Assembly (NCBI GenBank): GCA_964408285.1
Contig: CAYOYV010000006.1
Coordinates: 11,274-75,273, forward strand
Source of the DNA: an uncultured Nitrososphaerota archaeon
Lineage (GTDB): Archaea; Thermoproteota; EX4484-205; JAAOZO01
DNA length: 64,000 nucleotides
Direction: 5' to 3'
Numbering within the stretch: position 1 is the stretch's first letter; the number at the start of each line of letters is the position of its first letter. The translations under genes and the position numbers were made by a program. Shown here piece by piece: positions 59,700 through 64,000 of this stretch. The notes beneath the pieces were generated by a model. The model was not told the origin of the DNA and did not search any database. It worked only from the letters and a program-made list of their open reading frames with translations.

Positions 59700-60371
59700 T
59701 CAGGAAGCCATCGTCCACAATATGCCTTCGAGCAGGTGCTTTCTGAGCCATTCTTGGCCCCAGGTCTCCTTGAAGTGACCGAAGGCAGTATAAAACACTC
59801 TTCCTTTGCCATACCTATGACACCAACAAAGAGCATAGTCATTATCTTCTCTCGTTCCCTTGCCAAGGTCAACTGACGAATTGTCTAGGCTCAACAACAC
59901 ATGAGTCTTATCCCTTTGCCAATTCCTGAATGTGTACACCTCCTCTTTTGTCACAAACTTCCTCGGCAGATGCCTTGTGGAGGGATGCGAGGGATCTTCG
60001 ACTATGACCCTGACCTCTTGAGTCCAAGGGTGTCCATTGAAATAACCTCCAAGCATCTCTCCGTATTCCGGGAATTTGTAGAAGGTGACGGCCGCGTTGT
60101 GTACGCCAACAAAGGCATTTCCGTTCCTAACGAAATCCAATAAGGCGGTCTTCTGATCATCGCCCAAAGGCAGTTCGCCCTCTGTCGCGAATAGTATCGC
60201 GGAGAAATCCCGCAAGTTCGCTTCCGTAACGATTGAACAATCCTCCGTGGCGAGTGTATCATACATGCCAGAGACTTCGCCCAATTCCTTCATTGATCGG
60301 GAGGCGACTGCCAGGTAGTCATGTCGGAAAGTCACTGAATGCGTGAGCATGAGCAATCTCTTGTTCGTCAT
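59700..60371 (-). CDS. ThuA domain-containing protein (class I glutamine amidotransferase-like)
   Basis: FRH, FVGVH, GGYF.GHP and GKGRVFYTAFGH motifs. Confidence 0.85.
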   Translation of the reverse strand: MTNKRLLMLTHSVTFRHDYLAVASRSMKELGEVSGMYDTLATEDCSIVTEANLRDFSAILFATEGELPLGDDQKTALLDFVRNGNAFVGVHNAAVTFYKFPEYGEMLGGYFNGHPWTQEVRVIVEDPSHPSTRHLPRKFVTKEEVYTFRNWQRDKTHVLLSLDNSSVDLGKGTREDNDYALCWCHRYGKGRVFYTAFGHFKETWGQEWLRKHLLEGILWTMAS

Positions 60372-60892
60372 CTGATTTGGCTTCTACCCAACACGGGTAA
60401 TTCAACGTTCGGATATTAACTTTGGGGGATGCAGAAAATCGTGCGCATTCTCGCAATGTCGATATTACCATTGGCCTGGTGCCTTCTGACTTAGATCTTG
60501 AACTCTTTCGGATTTTGGGTCCCAATAGAGAAAAAATCAGAAGGGGATGGCGTGTGTGATTATGTCGGCGCACACGAGCATACCAGATAATACTCGTATT
60601 TCATGCACGGCTTTCGCAAGTTAGCAATGACGGACAAATCAGATCTAGAGAACTGGAGGTGGATCCTGCCTACCTGTTTCTCCGACATTCAGGTCCAGTC
60701 ACACTCGGGGAATCTCTCGGTACGGTCAAGCCTTAACGCGCATGCCGTTTGGTCCAGAAGTCATTGGGGCGATAGGGATACTCGGTTAAGCAGCAATCAA
60801 GCGGAAACAGAAAGTGCACGAGGAAAAAGAAGTGAGAGGAGTGGCTTAACTCATCTCTCCAGAAGCTTTTCTAAATATGAACTTACCTCACT

Positions 60893-62641
60893 TCACCGAT
60901 GGGCAAAGACTGCGCTAACCGAGTCTTCTTCGAGCTTCTCCAGTTTGACGAAGCCAAATCTGACGAACTGCGCCATTTCGCCCTTCCGATGCTGAAGCAC
61001 GTTGCGCTCAGTTAGGCCCCTAGTGATTGTGGCATCTGACATGAGGACCTCGGTTTGGACGGCGAAGGATACGGGCACCCATTGTACTATCTTTACTCCT
61101 GCCTTCTCAACAAGTTCAAGAGGAGTCTCCAAGGCATTCGCTCGCGAAATTTCCTGCTCCAAGGAATCCACTCTCACGTTGAACAGTCCCATCAGCCTTA
61201 TCTCATGTCCAACATCAAAAGAGAAAAGATCGAGTGAAGCCAAGTAGAGGTCAAGAACGCCATCCTTGATCTCTATTGGAACGCGTCTTTCGCCAAGATC
61301 CTTGTTGTCAGGGTGATTGGGCAATGGGATTTCCTTGATTGCCTCCTTCACCCCACTTATCCTTAGGATCACCGGGTTCTCAACGAAGAACAACCTAGGA
61401 GTGGCTCCATCTATCAGGGTCCTGTTCGCCGAATACAGGTTCTCCCATTTAAGAGTAGCCTCCACGGATTTTGTTCCCAAATCCAGCACAGCATTTCTTA
61501 TCACCTCGGCCTTGATTCCCTTTCGAATCACTGACCTAACAGTTCCGAGCCTTGGATCATCGAACCCTGAGTATTCGCCGGCTTTCAGACCCTCCATCAT
61601 CTTCGACTTGCTCAGTGAGTAGCCCTCAAGCTTCACCCTTCCTATGGTGACGGTCGTCGGCTTCTTCCATCCGAAGTGCTTGTACACGTATGATTGCCGG
61701 ACATCATTCGTGAGATGTTCCTTCGCCCTTATCACATGCGTAATCTTCATGGCATGATCGTCGATTGCACATGCCCAGTTGTAAAGGGGCCAGACCCTGT
61801 ACTTCTTCCCTACCCTTGGATGCGTGGTCTCATCTATCCTCAACGCCGGCCAGTCCCTGAGAGCAGGATTGGGATGAGTCAACTCAGTCTTCACTCTCAC
61901 GACCGCCTCTCCCTGACGAATTTCCCCATCGAGCATTGCTTTCCAGAGTCTCATGTTTTCCTCCGGGCTCTGGTCTCTGTGTGGGCAAGGTCTTCCATTC
62001 TTCACAAGCTCGCTGAATTCTTCCCGAGGGCATCTGCACACATAGCCAGCCCCCATGGAGAGCAATTTCTCCGCGCCCGCATAGTATATGTGGAGCCTGT
62101 CGGACTGATAGTATATCTCATCTATTCCTATCCCGAGCCAATAGAGATCTCCAAGTATCCAATCATAGGCTTCAAGAAGTGGTGGCTTGACTGATGGTGA
62201 GGTGTCCTCAAACCTGAGAATGAACGTGCCATTGTATTTCTTCGCAAAGTGGTCACAGAGCAGGGCGGCCCTAGCATGTCCCAACGTTAGCGGACCATTT
62301 GGATTTGGGGCAAACCTCAGCACGAAACCTCGGATGCCAGGGTTTGGTTGGAGTTCGAGCTTATCCTGCACCTCCTTCTTCTCTATCTGCGTTGTTGGGA
62401 CCTCACCCAGTTCAGAGAGTCTAGATGATATTTCATCCATGGACATCGAATTGACCTCTCTACACACATCGGCGACAATCTTGAGGATCTCTCCAGACCT
62501 TTGCTTGAGGTCTGGTCTCCTTGCTACCAGATGACCCATAACTATCCCTGGTGAGGTCTTTCCTCCGAACTTCGCAGCATTCTCAAGGGCCAAGTGCAGA
62601 ATCAGTGCTCTGGTCTCACCATCACTCGACAAGAGATCCAC
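60893..62641 (-). CDS. gltX: glutamate--tRNA ligase
   Basis: RFAPNPNGPLTLGH, LRFEDT and LSKS motifs; archaeal N-terminal extension. Confidence 0.96.
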   Translation of the reverse strand: MDLLSSDGETRALILHLALENAAKFGGKTSPGIVMGHLVARRPDLKQRSGEILKIVADVCREVNSMSMDEISSRLSELGEVPTTQIEKKEVQDKLELQPNPGIRGFVLRFAPNPNGPLTLGHARAALLCDHFAKKYNGTFILRFEDTSPSVKPPLLEAYDWILGDLYWLGIGIDEIYYQSDRLHIYYAGAEKLLSMGAGYVCRCPREEFSELVKNGRPCPHRDQSPEENMRLWKAMLDGEIRQGEAVVRVKTELTHPNPALRDWPALRIDETTHPRVGKKYRVWPLYNWACAIDDHAMKITHVIRAKEHLTNDVRQSYVYKHFGWKKPTTVTIGRVKLEGYSLSKSKMMEGLKAGEYSGFDDPRLGTVRSVIRKGIKAEVIRNAVLDLGTKSVEATLKWENLYSANRTLIDGATPRLFFVENPVILRISGVKEAIKEIPLPNHPDNKDLGERRVPIEIKDGVLDLYLASLDLFSFDVGHEIRLMGLFNVRVDSLEQEISRANALETPLELVEKAGVKIVQWVPVSFAVQTEVLMSDATITRGLTERNVLQHRKGEMAQFVRFGFVKLEKLEEDSVSAVFAHR

Positions 62642-62748
62642 CCTGCAAAATCAGGCCTGATTAGGATTCGTTGTATTATTAAATCATAGGTCGATTCGGG
62701 CGCAAAGACCCCGTATATCAATCTCCCGCCCAAATCCTTTTCTGAGGC

Positions 62749-63576
62749 ATGACAGCCATGAAAGGCAACATGGAATTGAGACGAGAGAAGATAGTCAGAG
62801 CACTCAACGACGCCTTGGCGCCGCTCGACTACGCCAAAGCCTTCTATGAGGGAGGCGCTGTAGCGTTCAACAGGATCGACGAGTGGTCTGACTTGGATTT
62901 CTATGTGGTTGTGGATGACGACAAGGTGAATGATACTTTCGCTATCATTGAGAAGGCCCTTGAGTCCATTTCGCGGATTAGTCAGAAATGCGAGCGACAG
63001 AATCCAGAGTGGCCAGACATGTCGCAAGCCTTCTACAGATTGGAGGGCACGAGCGAATACCTTCTCATCGACCTAGTCGTCATCAAGCTGAGCAGCCCTG
63101 AAAAATTCCTCCAACCTGAGATCCATGGTAATGTCTTATTCCACTTCAATAAGTCCAATATGGTCAAGGCCCTTCCTTTTGATAAGGCTCATCTAGTGAC
63201 CAAAATCCAGCGGGGGCTAGAGAGGCTCAGAGCGAGGTATAGCATGTTCAACAAGTTCGTACAAAAGGAGATAAACAGGGGAAACAAACTCGAGGCAATT
63301 GATCTGTACCACAACCTAACTCTCGCAATGCTCGTCGATGTTCTCAGGTTGAAGAACAACCCTTTCCACTGGGATTTCAGGATGCATTACATACACTACG
63401 AGCTGCCCCAAGAGGTAGTGAAGCGGCTCGAGCATTTGTATTTCGTTCGAGACGATGTAGATCTGAAGAGCAAATACGACGAGGCGACTCAGTGGCTCTG
63501 CGAACTACTTTCGGAAATCAGAGAAGATGATGTTCGAAAAATAATGGGAGCCACCGAGACGAAAAGCATACCTTGA
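62749..63576 (+). CDS. Pol-beta superfamily nucleotidyltransferase with helical C-terminal domain
   Basis: EGGAVAF..IDEWSDLD (G[GS]...DxD) motif. Confidence 0.7.
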   Translation: MTAMKGNMELRREKIVRALNDALAPLDYAKAFYEGGAVAFNRIDEWSDLDFYVVVDDDKVNDTFAIIEKALESISRISQKCERQNPEWPDMSQAFYRLEGTSEYLLIDLVVIKLSSPEKFLQPEIHGNVLFHFNKSNMVKALPFDKAHLVTKIQRGLERLRARYSMFNKFVQKEINRGNKLEAIDLYHNLTLAMLVDVLRLKNNPFHWDFRMHYIHYELPQEVVKRLEHLYFVRDDVDLKSKYDEATQWLCELLSEIREDDVRKIMGATETKSIP

Positions 63577-63734
63577 TCTTCTCTGGCCGGCAGCCAATGA
63601 CATAGAGTCACACGTGAATGGACGTTACGAACATTGGAATGAAGAAGATTCTGGGGAAGCCTTCGCTGCCATATCCAGCCGCAACCCATGAACGATATGC
63701 TTTTAAGACATAGCCTTCTCGGCTTGCGGAAAGC

Positions 63735-64000
63735 ATGACCGAGCCATTCTACTCTAGGGAGTCCCTGCTTAACTTAGCAGTTGAAATAGAGAAAAGTGCA
63801 GAGGCCTTCTATACAGCCTTGGCGGACAAGTTTGCACAGAGTGCCGAAACATTCAAGCAACTTGCCCAAGATGAGAAGGGACATGCCATAAGCTACTCAA
63901 GACTATTGTCAAAGGGAGAGAATGTTGCAGGTGAGAAGGGTCTGGAGAAGGCTAGATCGTACATAGAAGCTTTGGATAGCCTCGACATTGTGGCTTCCCT
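63735..64000 (+). CDS. ferritin/rubrerythrin-like protein (partial, runs off the window)
   Basis: LNLAVEIEKSAEAFY...FKQLAQDEKGH diiron pattern. Confidence 0.75.
   Translation, partial: MTEPFYSRESLLNLAVEIEKSAEAFYTALADKFAQSAETFKQLAQDEKGHAISYSRLLSKGENVAGEKGLEKARSYIEALDSLDIVAS

Noticed and set aside
60580-60640. MHGFRK as a second integrase fragment
   Set aside because: Too short, and I could not read any supporting recombinase sequence around it.
1-64000. CRISPR arrays, rRNA genes and intact IS elements
   Set aside because: No regularly spaced repeats, rRNA-like sequence or transposase ORFs were seen.

Overview
Archaeal genomic DNA, most likely from an uncultured TACK/Thermoproteota lineage such as Bathyarchaeia or Brockarchaeota. 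This is an inference from separate Kae1 and Bud32 genes, UroD-like methyltransferases, a cbf5 intron and a multi-intron tRNA. The window holds the S10/spc ribosomal superoperon (L22 to secY-adk-cmk-L14e-cbf5), a tRNA-Ser, rps13-rps4, a glycan/nucleotide-sugar cluster, the conserved L7Ae-S28e-L24e-ndk-aIF5B-S6e-aIF2gamma-rpoE-KEOPS-S15-S3Ae cluster, GluRS, and accessory catabolic and transport genes. The main finding is that three apparent lesions in essential genes are tiny insertions folding into bulge-helix-bulge (BHB) splice motifs. Two of them (22 nt and 19 nt) interrupt the G1 and G2 GTPase motifs of aIF5B/IF2, and one (15 nt) splits the catalytic Asp codon of cbf5. Cutting by the standard BHB rule restores the conserved motifs exactly in all three. 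The neighbouring tRNA-Ser(GGA) appears to carry three very short introns. Together these point to tRNA-endonuclease-dependent mRNA splicing extending beyond cbf5, the only archaeal mRNA case I know to be established. All calls are from manual reading; no searches or folding programs were run.
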